Of a stretch of DNA of 64,000 nucleotides, positions 47,174-57,872 are shown piece after piece. This DNA is from an uncultured Chloroflexia bacterium (lineage in GTDB: Bacteria; Chloroflexota; Limnocylindria; Limnocylindrales; CSP1-4), in assembly GCA_963749705.1 (NCBI GenBank), contig CAVVNQ010000008.1:1-64000 (forward strand). The letters are read 5' to 3'. The position numbers and the translations under genes were made by a program. Position 1 is the first letter of the stretch. Each line of letters begins with the position of its first letter. The notes under the pieces are model-generated. The model was not told the origin of the DNA and made no database searches. It saw only the letters and a program-made list of their open reading frames with translations.

Positions 47174-48277
47174 ATGTTCGTGGTGATGCGGACCGGAGCC
47201 ACGGAGGCCGAGGTCAACGGGGTGAAGGGCCTCATCCTGTCCGAAGGCCTGACGCCGTTCGAGAACGCCGACAGCGACCGCGTCAACGCGGGCACGGACA
47301 GCGCCGACGCGGGCACGGCTCGCGTCGTCATCGCGGTCGTGGGCGAGCTCGGCGGGCGCCGGCCGCAGCTCATGGCACGCCTGGAGACGATGCCCGGGGT
47401 CACGACCGTCACCCCGATCTCGAAGCCCTACAAGCTCGTGTCGCGCGAGTTCCACCCGGAGGACACGGTGATCCGGGTGCTCGATGCCGTGATCGGCGAC
47501 GGGACGCTGACGGTGATGGCCGGCCCGTGCTCGATCGAGAGCCGCGAGCAGCTGATGGAGACGGCCGACTTCGTGGCCGGCCACGGGGCGACGATCATCC
47601 GCGGTGGCGCGTTCAAGCCACGGACCAGCCCGTACAGCTTCCAGGGCCTGGGCGTCGAGGGCCTGCGATACCTCGCGGAGGTGCGCGAGCGGACCGGCCT
47701 CCCGGTGATCACCGAGGTGATGGAGCCGAGCCAGGTCGACATCGTCGCCGAGTACGCGGACATCCTCCAGATCGGCACCCGCAACATGCAGAACTTCTCG
47801 CTGCTGCTCGCATGCGGGCGCGCGGGCCGTCCGGTGATGCTCAAGCGCGGGTTCGGGGCGACGATCGAGGAATGGCTGATGGCCGCCGAGTACATCGCGT
47901 CGGCCGGCAACTCGCAGATCATCCTGTGCGAGCGCGGGATCCGCACGTTCGAGACGTACAGCCGGAACACCATGGACCTCACGGCGGTCCCCCTTGCCCA
48001 CCATTTCACGCACCTGCCCGTGATCGTGGACCCGTCACATGCCACGGGGCGCCGATGGCTGGTCAAGCCGCTCGCGATCGGCGGCGTCGCGGTGGGTGCG
48101 GACGGGATCATGGTGGAGGTCCACCCGCGACCTGACGAGGCGCTGTCGGACGCGGAGCAGCAGCTGGACTTCCCCGCGTTCGAGCAGATGATGGACGCGA
48201 TCGTCGGGGTCCACGAGCACGTCCGTGACCTCCATGGTGACCTGAACGCCGCCGCGACCCGCAGCGGACAGGGCTGA
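47174..48277 (+). CDS. aroF: DAHP synthase class I-beta with N-terminal regulatory domain
   Basis: AGPCSIES, GAFKPRTSPYSFQG, LKRG, CERG and DPSH motifs. Confidence 0.96.
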   Translation: MFVVMRTGATEAEVNGVKGLILSEGLTPFENADSDRVNAGTDSADAGTARVVIAVVGELGGRRPQLMARLETMPGVTTVTPISKPYKLVSREFHPEDTVIRVLDAVIGDGTLTVMAGPCSIESREQLMETADFVAGHGATIIRGGAFKPRTSPYSFQGLGVEGLRYLAEVRERTGLPVITEVMEPSQVDIVAEYADILQIGTRNMQNFSLLLACGRAGRPVMLKRGFGATIEEWLMAAEYIASAGNSQIILCERGIRTFETYSRNTMDLTAVPLAHHFTHLPVIVDPSHATGRRWLVKPLAIGGVAVGADGIMVEVHPRPDEALSDAEQQLDFPAFEQMMDAIVGVHEHVRDLHGDLNAAATRSGQG

Positions 48278-48282
48278 GCGGC

Positions 48283-49695
48283 ATGGCGGCCAGGCAGGCG
48301 GGCGGTGCGCCCGCAGAGACCAGCTCCCCGCACCTGTCGACACGCGACGCCGCCGGCGACGGACCGGACACCGCGATCGTGGTGCGTCCGGCCGCCCGTC
48401 TGCGGGGGCGCCCGGAGCTGCCCGGGGACAAGTCGATCTCCCACCGCGCGCTCCTGTTCGCGCTGCTTGCCGAAGGGGAGAGCCGGATCGAGGCTGCGGG
48501 GGACGGCGCGGATGTCCGCTCCACCGCCGCCATCGTGGCCGCCCTAGGTGCCCGCGTTGAGCGCGTGGCCGAGTCGGGCGGGCGCGTCGACTATCGGATC
48601 GTGTCGCCCGGCGGTCACGCGCTGACGGAGCCGGACGCGAGCCTGGGCTGCGGCAACTCCGGGACGACGACCCGGCTGGTGGCCGGCCTCCTCGCCGGCC
48701 AGCCGATGTTCGCGATCCTCGATGGTGACGCCTCGCTCCGGCGCCGGCCGATGGGTCGAATCGTGGAGCCGCTGCGGTCGATGGGTGCCGTGTTCGGAGG
48801 CCGGCGCGGGGCAACGATGCTGCCGCTCGCGATCTCGGGACGTGCCCGCCTGCTCCCCATCGAATACGTGACGCCCGTCCCCAGCGCGCAGGTCAAGTCC
48901 GCGATCCTGCTGGCGGCGCTCGCCGCGGACGGCGAGACGACCGTGACCGAATCGGTTGCCACCCGCGACCACACGGAGCGCATGCTCCGCTCCCGCGGCG
49001 TCGGCGTTTCGGAGGCCGTCGACGAACAGGGCCGGCACATCGTCCGCCTGACCGGACCAGCCACCGTGGCCGCCATCGCGGACACCGTGCCCGCCGATCC
49101 GTCCGCCGCCGCGTTCTGGATGGTGGCGGCATCGATCCACCCCGACGCGGAGCTGTCGCTCGAGGGGGTGAGCACGAACCCGACCCGGCGTGCCATCATC
49201 GACATCCTCAGGCGCATGGGCGCCGACATCGAGGAGCACGACCATCCGGCTAAGGGGGGACGGGCAGGCGAGCCCCTCGCCGATCTCATCGTCCGGTCCA
49301 GCGCGCTCCGCGCCGTCGACCTGTCCCCCACGGACGTGGCGACGGCCATCGACGAGATCCCCGTCCTGGCGCTCGCCGCGACCGCCGCGATCGGCACGAG
49401 CCGGTTCCGAGGCGTGGGGGAGCTCCGGCACAAGGAATCGGACCGCGTCGCGGGGATCGCGGACGGGCTGACGGCCCTCGGAGCGCGCGTGCGCGTCGAG
49501 GGCGACGATATCGAGATCGAGGGCGGCCGTCGCTTGCGAGGCGCCGTCACCGAGACCTACGACGACCACCGGCTCGCGATGACGTTCGCGATCGCCGGCC
49601 TCATCGCCGAGGGCGAGACCATCGTTCGCCGACCCGGGTCGGCGGGGATCTCCTACCCCGGCTTCTTCCACCAACTCGAAGGGGTGCGAGCATGA
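48283..49695 (+). CDS. aroA: EPSP synthase
   Basis: PGDKSISHRA, GNSGTT, SAQVKSA, KESDR and DDHRLAM motifs. Confidence 0.97.
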   Translation: MAARQAGGAPAETSSPHLSTRDAAGDGPDTAIVVRPAARLRGRPELPGDKSISHRALLFALLAEGESRIEAAGDGADVRSTAAIVAALGARVERVAESGGRVDYRIVSPGGHALTEPDASLGCGNSGTTTRLVAGLLAGQPMFAILDGDASLRRRPMGRIVEPLRSMGAVFGGRRGATMLPLAISGRARLLPIEYVTPVPSAQVKSAILLAALAADGETTVTESVATRDHTERMLRSRGVGVSEAVDEQGRHIVRLTGPATVAAIADTVPADPSAAAFWMVAASIHPDAELSLEGVSTNPTRRAIIDILRRMGADIEEHDHPAKGGRAGEPLADLIVRSSALRAVDLSPTDVATAIDEIPVLALAATAAIGTSRFRGVGELRHKESDRVAGIADGLTALGARVRVEGDDIEIEGGRRLRGAVTETYDDHRLAMTFAIAGLIAEGETIVRRPGSAGISYPGFFHQLEGVRA

Positions 49696-50621
49696 CGAAG
49701 CGGATCGTCCTCATCGGCCACCCGGTCGCCCATTCGCTGTCCGGGGCGATGCAGCAGGCGGCCTTCGATCAGCTCGGCATCGATGCCCGGTACGAGCTGT
49801 GGGATCGCGCGCCGATCGACCTGGCCAATGCGATCGCGGAGCTGCGGACCGACGACTTCCTGGGCGCCAACGTCACGATCCCGAACAAGGAACGGGTCGT
49901 CCCGCTGGTGGACCGGCTCACCGAGGAGGCCCACGCCACGGGGGCCGTCAACACGCTGACCCGCGAAGGCCGAAAGCTCATCGGGCACAACACGGATGTG
50001 ACCGGTTTCAAGGTGGCGCTGGACCAGCTCGTGGGCCGGCAGAAGATGCCTCGTCAGGCAGTGGTGCTGGGCGCGGGCGGCGGTGCGCGGGCGGTGGTCT
50101 ACGGGCTGATCCGCGAGGGCTTCCAGCGGGTGATCGTGTTCAACCGTCACCTGCACCGGGCCGAGGGCCTGGTCAAGCATTTCGGGCGGAGCGCCGCGCA
50201 CATGGAGCTGCGCGCGATGCCGTGGCACGAGTCGATCATCGAGGCCGAGCTCGCAAAGACGCGGGTGCTGGTGAACGCCACCTCAGTCGGGCTCGAGGGA
50301 GTCGAGAGCCCCGTGCCGGCTGAGGCGATCCCGCCCGACCTCCTGGTGCAGGACCTGATCTACATGCGGACACGCCTGTTGCGCGACGCCGAGGCCGCGG
50401 GCTGCGCGACGTCCGATGGCGAGACGATGCTGCTCCACCAGGGCGCGGCATCGTTCACGCTGTGGACGGGCCAGCCGGCACCGCTCGACGTGATGCAGGC
50501 CGCCCTGGCCGATGCGCGCGCCCATGGCCTCCGCTCGGCGGAAGGCGAACCGGCCGCACCCGCCGTCGAGGCGACGGCCGGCGGCGCGGACGGGTCGTCC
50601 ACGGCCGACGCCGCCGGCTGA
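49692..50621 (+). CDS. aroE: Shikimate dehydrogenase
   Basis: HSLS, NVTIP.K, GAVNT, NTD and GAGGGA motifs. Confidence 0.96.
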   Translation: MTKRIVLIGHPVAHSLSGAMQQAAFDQLGIDARYELWDRAPIDLANAIAELRTDDFLGANVTIPNKERVVPLVDRLTEEAHATGAVNTLTREGRKLIGHNTDVTGFKVALDQLVGRQKMPRQAVVLGAGGGARAVVYGLIREGFQRVIVFNRHLHRAEGLVKHFGRSAAHMELRAMPWHESIIEAELAKTRVLVNATSVGLEGVESPVPAEAIPPDLLVQDLIYMRTRLLRDAEAAGCATSDGETMLLHQGAASFTLWTGQPAPLDVMQAALADARAHGLRSAEGEPAAPAVEATAGGADGSSTADAAG

Positions 50622-50637
50622 CGCGGCACGACCGACC

Positions 50638-51954
50638 ATGGATCGCTTCCGGTTCACCACCGCCGGCGAGAGCCACGGGCCGATGCTCGGGGCGATCGTC
50701 GAGGGCGTCCCGGCCGGCCTCGCGCTGACCGAGGATGACCTCGCGGTCGATCTCGCGCGCCGCCAGCGCGGCTACGGCCGTGGCGCCCGCCAGGCGATCG
50801 AGAAGGACCGGGCGCGAATCCTGGCCGGGGTCCGTCACGGGCGGACGCTGGGCTCGCCGATCCTGCTCGAGGTGGCCAACCGGGACTGGGAGAACTGGAC
50901 ACGGGTGATGCAGATCGCGCCGTTGTCCGACGACGAGGCCGCCGAGCTGGCAACCCTGGCCGCCGACGGCGTCAAGCGCGCGCAGCCGATCACCCGCGTC
51001 AGGCCGGGGCATGCCGACCTGGCGGGCGCGCTCAAGTACGGGTTCAACGACGTGCGTGACGTGCTCGAGCGCTCGTCCGCCCGCGAGACAACCGCCCGGG
51101 TCGCTGCGGGCGGCGTGGCCCGCGCGTTCCTGCGCGCGCTGGGGATCGAGGTCTGGTCGTTCACGGCCGAGGTGGGCGGGGTCGCCATCGATCCGGCCCG
51201 GGTCACACGGACGCGCGACGAGGCCGATGCCTCACCGCTCCGCTGCCCGGATCCTGATGCCGAGGCGGCGATGATGGCCCGCATCGACGAGGCCCGATCG
51301 AACGGCGACACCGTCGGCGGCGTGTTCGAGGTCGTCGTCCACGGCGCGCCGATCGGGCTGGGCAGCTACGTCCACTGGGACCGGCGCCTGGACGCGGCGC
51401 TCGCCGCCGCCGTGATGAGCATCAACATCCTCAAGGGTGTCGAGATCGGGCTCGGGTTCGAGCAGACGAAGCGCTTCGGGTCGGAGGTCCACGACGTGAT
51501 CGAGGGCCGTCTCGATGATGGCAGCTGGATCCACCGGACGAACAACGCGGGCGGCCTGACCGGCGGTGTCACCAACGGCGAGCCGATCGTCGTTCGCGGA
51601 GCGGTCAAGCCGATCTCGACCCTGGCCCGGCCGCTGGCGACGGCCGACCTGGTGACCGGCAAGCCCGTCGACACGGCGCACTACGAGCGGAGCGACATCT
51701 CGGTCGTCCCGGCGGCCGGGGTGATCGGCGAGGCGATGGTCATGCTCACGCTGGCCCGGTTCGTGCTGGACAAGACTGGCGGCGATTCGATGCCCGAGGT
51801 CGAGGACAACCTGCGCCGGTATCGCGAGCGGATCGCGATCGTGCCAGATTCCCCGGTGGCGGGCGCCCGTCCGGGTGCTCGCGACCCGGTCGCGTTCGAG
51901 GCCGACCCCGCGATACCCGGCGACGGCGAGGCCGGCTCCGGCGGGGACGACTGA
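50638..51954 (+). CDS. aroC: Chorismate synthase
   Basis: TAGESHG, RPGHAD, RSSARETT and KPISTL motifs. Confidence 0.97.
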   Translation: MDRFRFTTAGESHGPMLGAIVEGVPAGLALTEDDLAVDLARRQRGYGRGARQAIEKDRARILAGVRHGRTLGSPILLEVANRDWENWTRVMQIAPLSDDEAAELATLAADGVKRAQPITRVRPGHADLAGALKYGFNDVRDVLERSSARETTARVAAGGVARAFLRALGIEVWSFTAEVGGVAIDPARVTRTRDEADASPLRCPDPDAEAAMMARIDEARSNGDTVGGVFEVVVHGAPIGLGSYVHWDRRLDAALAAAVMSINILKGVEIGLGFEQTKRFGSEVHDVIEGRLDDGSWIHRTNNAGGLTGGVTNGEPIVVRGAVKPISTLARPLATADLVTGKPVDTAHYERSDISVVPAAGVIGEAMVMLTLARFVLDKTGGDSMPEVEDNLRRYRERIAIVPDSPVAGARPGARDPVAFEADPAIPGDGEAGSGGDD

Positions 51955-51961
51955 GCGCGCC

Positions 51962-53669
51962 GTGGATCTCGTGCTGGTCGGACTCCCGGGAAGTGGCAAG
52001 AGCGCCGTCGGTCGTCGCATCGCGGCGCGTCATCACGCGGCATTCATCGACCTCGACGACCAGATCGAGCGGGCCGCGGGCCGGCCCATCCCCGAGATCT
52101 TCGCAAGGGATGGCGAGGCCGCGTTCCGGGCCTTCGAGCGAGGCGGCAGTCGCTGGCCTCGGCCAGGCCGACGCGAGCGCCGGACCTCCGGCGCGTGATC
52201 TCGCCCGGCGGCGGCGCCGTCGTCGATCCCCGCAACCGCTGGGCGCTGTATCGCGGACGGGTGCCGGTGTGGCTGGACGTTCGACCGGAGGTGCTTGCGC
52301 AGCGGCTTCGCCGCACGTCCAACCGTGCGCCCGCTCGATCCAGGGCGACGATCCGCTGGGCAGGATCGGAGCCCTGGCGACGCCGGGCGAGCGCTTCTAT
52401 GCCGCGGCACATCCGGTCAACGGCGTAGCCGACATCGCGTCGGTGCTCGGCGCGGTGGAACAGATGCTCGACGATGGGCCAGACGCCTGCGACAACGCTG
52501 CTTCGGGCGACGACGCCGATCGGCGACATCGTCATCGGCGATTCGATCGCCGCGATCAGCCGATCGACGCGACGCTCCGCCAGCTGGGCGCGAGCCGCGC
52601 CGTGATCGTGAGCGAGCCCGGCGCCTGGTCGGCATTCGGCGAAGCGTGGTGAGACGCTGCGCGCGGCGGGCTGGCCCGGTCGAGACGGTGATGCTGCCCG
52701 TCGGGCGAGGAGGCGAAGCACCTGTCGGTCATCGAGGCTGCCGCACGAGACCTCGCCAGTCGTCACGTCGAACGACACGAGCCGCTGATCGCGATCGGCG
52801 GCGGCGCGCTGGGCGATCCGGCGGGCTTCCTGGCAGCAACCTACCTCCGCGGTATCCCATGGATCCAGGTCCCGACCACGCTCGTCGCGCAGGTCGACTC
52901 GGCGATCGGCGGCAAGACCGGCGTCGACCTGCCCGAGGGCAAGAACCTGCGTGGGGGCGTTCCACCACCCGTCCGCGATCGTCCTCGACGTCGCGGCCCT
53001 GCGGTCGCTCCCCGAGCGCCAGCTGCGCGCTGCAATGGGCGAGATCGTCAAGATGGCGGCCCTCGGCGATGCGAGCTGCTGTTCGCGACGCTCGAGGCCG
53101 AGGCCGAGGCGATCGCCCATGGCGACGCACCCATGTTCGATGCGCGGCATCCTCGCGGAGGTCGTCGAGCGCTCCGTCATGGGCGAAGGTCGAGGTCGTG
53201 ACCGCGGATGCCCGCGAGCAGGGCGCTATCGGGGGCCGGATCACGACTCAACCTCGGGCACACGGTCGGCCACGCGCTGGAGGCGGCCGACGGGTACGAG
53301 ACGCTCCTCCACGGTGAGGCGGTCGCGTACGGGTTGCGTGCCGCGGTGCGCATCGGCTCGGCGCTCGGGGTGACGCCGGCGGATCGCGGGCTGCGGATCG
53401 AGACGCTCCTCGACCGGCTCGACCTCGGTTGCGCGCCGCTCCCCTATCCCGCGGACGCGGTGATCGACGCGACGAGGACCGACAAGAAGCACGCGGGCGG
53501 GCGGCTCCGCTGGGTGCTGCCGACGGCGGACGGCGTCGAGGTGCACGACGATGTCCCGGACGACGTGGTCGCGGACGCCGTGCGCTCGGTCCTGGCCGGC
53601 AAGGCCGCCGGATCGGTTCCGGCCGGTGACGCCGAGACGACCCGCACCGGCTCGAGGGCGACGGCATGA
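51962..53669 (+). pseudogene. aroKB: Bifunctional shikimate kinase/3-dehydroquinate synthase with many frameshifts (likely sequencing errors)
   Basis: GLPGSGKS, GGGAVV, GGGALGD, PTTLVAQVDSAIGGKTG, LNLGHTVGHALE and HGEAV are all intact but spread across frames. Confidence 0.8.
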
Positions 53670-54103
53670 CCCGGGTGCTCGTGCTCCAGGGCCCCAACCT
53701 CAACCTGCTGGGCACCCGAGAGCCCGAGATCTACGGGCGCGAGACGCTGGACGAGATCCACGCCGGGATCGCGACACGGGCGGCCGAGCTGGGCCTCGAG
53801 GTGGACTTCTTCCAGTCCAACCATGAGGGCGCCCTGATCGACCGCCTCCACGTCCGCGACTTCGACGCCGCGATCGTCAACGCCGCCGGCCTGACCCACA
53901 CCTCGGTCTCGCTGCGCGACGCGCTGCTCGCGATCGAGCGACCGTTCTGGGAGGTCCACCTCTCGGATCCGTGGACGCGGGATGCGTTCCGGCGGGTCAA
54001 CTTCCTCCACGACATCGCGGTGGGGTCGATCATCGGGCAGGGCGCGCGTGGCTACCACGTGGCGCTCGAGGCCATCGCGGCCCGGTTCGAGGGAACGGCA
54101 TGA
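53666..54103 (+). CDS. aroQ: Type II 3-dehydroquinate dehydratase, copy 2
   Basis: GPNLNLLGTREPEIYG, QSNHEG, THTS and EVHLS motifs. Confidence 0.96.
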   Translation: MTRVLVLQGPNLNLLGTREPEIYGRETLDEIHAGIATRAAELGLEVDFFQSNHEGALIDRLHVRDFDAAIVNAAGLTHTSVSLRDALLAIERPFWEVHLSDPWTRDAFRRVNFLHDIAVGSIIGQGARGYHVALEAIAARFEGTA

Positions 54104-54465
54104 GCCGCGAACTCGACGGCCGGAAGGCGGGCGCGACGCGACCCACGGCCGCGGAGCGCGACGCTGCGGCGCTCGAGCTCGCCCGAATCCGCGACCAGAT
54201 CGACGAGCTGGACCAGCGGATCGTCGAGCTGCTCAATGAGCGCACGACGCTCGGACGGGCGGCGGGGCGGTCAAAGGCGCTCGCGGGGCGGCGCGCGATC
54301 CACGACCCGGAGCGCGAGCGCGAGGTGCTCCTGCGGGTCGCCATGGCCAACCCGGGACCGCTGCCGCAGGCGGACCTGATCTCGATCTACCGCAGGATCG
54401 TGGCGGTGACGCGGGGTCTCGAGTCGCGGGATCGGACGCATGCCGGGCGATCGGGCGACGACTGA
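54100..54465 (+). CDS. Chorismate mutase (helical AroQ class)
   Basis: RDQIDELDQRIVELLNER and DPEREREVL motifs. Confidence 0.9.
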   Translation: MSRELDGRKAGATRPTAAERDAAALELARIRDQIDELDQRIVELLNERTTLGRAAGRSKALAGRRAIHDPEREREVLLRVAMANPGPLPQADLISIYRRIVAVTRGLESRDRTHAGRSGDD

Positions 54466-55450
54466 CACCGCCGGGGAGCCGGCGGATCCTGCCGACGCGG
54501 GCGGGGAGCTGCTGGTCCCCGTGGCCGCCGGCAGCGAGCGCCCCGACCCCCGCATCCTGCCCACGGCGCCGGTCACGCGATTCGCCCCGGCACCCACCGG
54601 GTTCCTCCACCTCGGGCACCTGGTCAACGCGGTGTACACGTGGGGGATCGCGGCAGCGACCGGGGGCCGGGTGATCCTGCGCATCGAGGACCATGACCGG
54701 CAGCGCTCGCGGGGCGGATATGAGACCGCCATGCTGGACGACCTCGACCGGCTGGGCCTGGCGCCCGACGAACCCTCGATCGTCGCGTTCCGCGGAGGCG
54801 CGACCTCGTACCGCCAATCTGATTCGGACGAGGCGTATGCGTCGGCGCTCGCCCGCCTGCGCGATGCCGGCCTGGCGTACGCGTGCGACTGCACCCGGTC
54901 CACGTTCGCCGCGTATGCCGAGGCGCACGGCCGCCCGTGGCGCGGGATCGGCTGCCCCGGCGGCTGCCGTTCCCGACAGCTGCCGGAGGACGGCGACGTG
55001 GGCATCCGGGTCGCCGTCGGGGCGGGATCGGAATCGTGGGTGGACCTGCTGGTCGGCCCGACGGCGGACGAACCGGCCGCGACCGGTGACCTGCTGGTCC
55101 GTGATCGGCTGGGCAACTGGACGTACCCGTTGTGCGTGGTCGTCGACGACCTGCGCCACGGCGTGGACCTGGTGATCCGGGGACGCGACCTCCTGGATGC
55201 GACGGCCGTCCAGCTGCGGCTGGCCCGGCTGCTGGGGCGTGATGTGCCGCCGCGGTTCCTCCACCATCCACTGGTCAGGCGGGTATCCGGCCAAAAGCTG
55301 TCGAAGGCCGAGGGCGATACCGCCGTCCGGGCGTTCCTCGAAGCCGGGCGGACGCCCGCCGAGCTGTTCGGGCTGGCGGCGCGGCTGGCGGGGCTGCGTC
55401 CGGATGCTGAGCCGATCGAGGCCGCGGCCCTGGGGTCACTGTTCGCCTGA
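54440..55450 (+). CDS. gluQ: Glutamyl-Q tRNA(Asp) synthetase-like protein (GluRS catalytic domain only)
   Basis: RFAPAPTG.LHLG, LRIED, CDCTR, VVVDD, RGRD and KLSK motifs; no anticodon-binding domain. Confidence 0.85.
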   Translation: MPGDRATTDTAGEPADPADAGGELLVPVAAGSERPDPRILPTAPVTRFAPAPTGFLHLGHLVNAVYTWGIAAATGGRVILRIEDHDRQRSRGGYETAMLDDLDRLGLAPDEPSIVAFRGGATSYRQSDSDEAYASALARLRDAGLAYACDCTRSTFAAYAEAHGRPWRGIGCPGGCRSRQLPEDGDVGIRVAVGAGSESWVDLLVGPTADEPAATGDLLVRDRLGNWTYPLCVVVDDLRHGVDLVIRGRDLLDATAVQLRLARLLGRDVPPRFLHHPLVRRVSGQKLSKAEGDTAVRAFLEAGRTPAELFGLAARLAGLRPDAEPIEAAALGSLFA

Positions 55451-55481
55451 GCTCCGCCCGTATGCGTACACCGCGGACCCG

Positions 55482-56129
55482 TCAGCCGGGCTCGGTGCGG
55501 TCCTCGATCTCCCACGCGTGATCGAGCACGTGCCACGCGATCCGGCGCGCCGCGTAGCGCTGCGTCCACCTGCGCCCGCCGATCACCGTGCCATCCGACG
55601 GCGCCACGAGGACCTCGGTGATCGCCGCCCGGATGGCGTCGCGGCTGGCGCCCTTGCCGAGCTTGATCCCGATCTGGGCGGCGTACGCCTCCTCGGCGTC
55701 GGTGACGTGGCCGACGATCCTGGTGCGGTCCCGGCCCCCGCCGCGGGGGCCCTTGCGGAGCTCCTCGGGTGCCGTTGCCGCAACCTCGTCGAACACGGCC
55801 CAGGAGGCCCCGACGAGCGCGGACAGGCCCTCTGCCTCAGCGGCGTCCGCGGGTCGGCGATCAGCCTCCGCGATGATCGCGGGCGCACCGAACGAGGTGG
55901 TTGCGTTGCCCGCGGCGTGCTCGACCGCCTCGACCGCGACGTCGGTGTCGAACGGGATCCCCGCCCGACGCGCGACTGCGAGGTACCGAGGCACGGCGGT
56001 CAGCAGCGCCTCGATCGCCAGCGCTTCGTCCTTGCCTGCGCGGGACAGGCCCGGCCAGTCGAGCGCGGACGCGAACACCTTCTTCGGCGTGGTCTCGACG
56101 AGCGCGCGGATCGCCTGCGGAGCGGCCAT
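55482..56129 (-). CDS. Conserved hypothetical protein (HicB-like N-terminus, DinB-like C-terminus)
   Basis: FASALDWPG, GPRGGGRD and WHVLDHAWEIED; CATACT 6 nt before the ATG. Confidence 0.75.
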   Translation of the reverse strand: MAAPQAIRALVETTPKKVFASALDWPGLSRAGKDEALAIEALLTAVPRYLAVARRAGIPFDTDVAVEAVEHAAGNATTSFGAPAIIAEADRRPADAAEAEGLSALVGASWAVFDEVAATAPEELRKGPRGGGRDRTRIVGHVTDAEEAYAAQIGIKLGKGASRDAIRAAITEVLVAPSDGTVIGGRRWTQRYAARRIAWHVLDHAWEIEDRTEPG

Positions 56130-56147
56130 CGCCCGAGTATGCCTCGC

Positions 56148-57872
56148 CTACGGGACCGCCGCAGACCTTGCGACCGCTGACGCTGCCGTGAGCTCGGGTC
56201 CCCGGGTCCACGACGGCCCGTCGAACAGCTCCGGACGATGCGTGAGGACGAGCACCGTGCGTCCGACCGTGGCCAGCTCGAGGTCCGCGACGAACGCACG
56301 AGCCGTGGCCTCGTCGAGATGCTCGGTCGGCTCGTCGAGGATCAGCACGCGGACATCGGCGAGCAGCGCCCGCGCGAGCGCCAGCCGCTGCCGCTGGCCG
56401 GCCGAGAGTCGAGCCCCGTGCTCCCCCACGGACGTCGCGAGGCCGTCCGGCAGCGAGCGGACCCAGGGGAGCAGTCGAGCCGACGCGAGCGCACCCTCGA
56501 GCTCGGCATCGGGCGCTCCCGGGCGCGCCAGCCGGATGTTGTCGGCGATCGAGGCATCGAAGATATGTGGATCCTGCTCGCACAGGCCGACCGCGGCCCG
56601 GACCGCGTCGCCGTCGAGCCGGCGCACGTCGACGGCGGCATCGGCCGAGGCGCCGACGACCTCGGTGGCGGCGTCGGAGCCGACCAGCTCGAGGGTGCCC
56701 GCGACGGGCTCGAGAAATCGAAGGCAGGCGGCGGCGAAGGTGCTCTTGCCGGCGCCGCTGGGTCCGGTGACCACCGTCCGCGCACCGGCGGGGACGTCGA
56801 GCGACGGCAGGATTAGCGCATCGACATCCGCGAGCGGGTAGCGCAGCCGAAGCCCGCGGACCCGGATCCCGAGCGGGCCTTCCGGGACGGGCAGCGGCTC
56901 CACCGGGTCCGGAACCGGGTCAGGGCGCGCCAGGATGTCCAGCACGCGGCCCGCCGACGCCGCCAGACCCGGCAGCTTCTGGGCCGCGGGCACCAGCGGG
57001 GCCAGGACCTCGTGGATCGCGATCGGGGTCAGCGCGACAACCGCGAGCGCAACGACGTCAAGGCGGCCGTCGCGAACGGCGATGATCCCAAGCACGAGCG
57101 CGATCCACGCCGAGGCGCCGGAAGCGAGACCCGCCACGAGCCCGCCGGTCCCGGCCCCGAACGCCGAGCGCCGCTCCGCCGCCGCCAGCCGGGCGTCGAC
57201 GCTCCGGACCCCATCGACCGCCCTCGTCGAGGCACCGGCGGCGAGGATCTCCGGGGCTCCGCGAAGGAGGTCGATCGCCGCATCCCCGAGGTCACCACGT
57301 GCCGGCGCGAGCAGCCGCTCGGCGCGGCGCGACACGACGGCCGCGGCCAGCGGAGCCCCCAGCGCCGCCATCACGAGGCCGGCGGCGACCGCGAAGCCGG
57401 CTGCTGGCACCAGCCACGCGATCAGCGCGACCGTGCCGATCGCGACCACGAGGGCCGATCCATACGGCAGCAGGACCCGCAGCCAGAGATCGGCCAGGCC
57501 ATCGACATCGCCCACCAGGCGCGCCAGGAGATCGCCGGATCGAAGCTCCGCCAGCCCCGCGGGCGCCAGACGCACGAGGCGGGCGTAGACCGTGGTGCGC
57601 AGCTCGCCCAGCACCCGGAACGCGGCGTCGTGCGCGGCGAGCCGCTCCGCGTACCGCAGCACGCCGCGGGCGATGCCGAACGCGCGCACCGAGGTCACGG
57701 CAACGAACAGGGTGAGGATCGGCGGCTGCTGCGCGGCCTTCGAGATCAGCCAGGCGGACGTGGTGGCGAGGCCGATCGCAGACGCCGCGGCGCCGATCCC
57801 GGCGAGGATCGCGAGCGCGAGCCGCGGCGTGACCGGCCGGCCGATCCGGAGGATGGCGAGCAGCGAGCTCAC
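56148..57872 (-). CDS. cydC: Thiol reductant ABC exporter CydC
   Basis: SAWLISKAA, VRAFG..R..RY.ERL..H, GPSGAGKS and LSAGQRQR motifs. Confidence 0.94.
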   Translation of the reverse strand: MSSLLAILRIGRPVTPRLALAILAGIGAAASAIGLATTSAWLISKAAQQPPILTLFVAVTSVRAFGIARGVLRYAERLAAHDAAFRVLGELRTTVYARLVRLAPAGLAELRSGDLLARLVGDVDGLADLWLRVLLPYGSALVVAIGTVALIAWLVPAAGFAVAAGLVMAALGAPLAAAVVSRRAERLLAPARGDLGDAAIDLLRGAPEILAAGASTRAVDGVRSVDARLAAAERRSAFGAGTGGLVAGLASGASAWIALVLGIIAVRDGRLDVVALAVVALTPIAIHEVLAPLVPAAQKLPGLAASAGRVLDILARPDPVPDPVEPLPVPEGPLGIRVRGLRLRYPLADVDALILPSLDVPAGARTVVTGPSGAGKSTFAAACLRFLEPVAGTLELVGSDAATEVVGASADAAVDVRRLDGDAVRAAVGLCEQDPHIFDASIADNIRLARPGAPDAELEGALASARLLPWVRSLPDGLATSVGEHGARLSAGQRQRLALARALLADVRVLILDEPTEHLDEATARAFVADLELATVGRTVLVLTHRPELFDGPSWTRGPELTAASAVARSAAVP

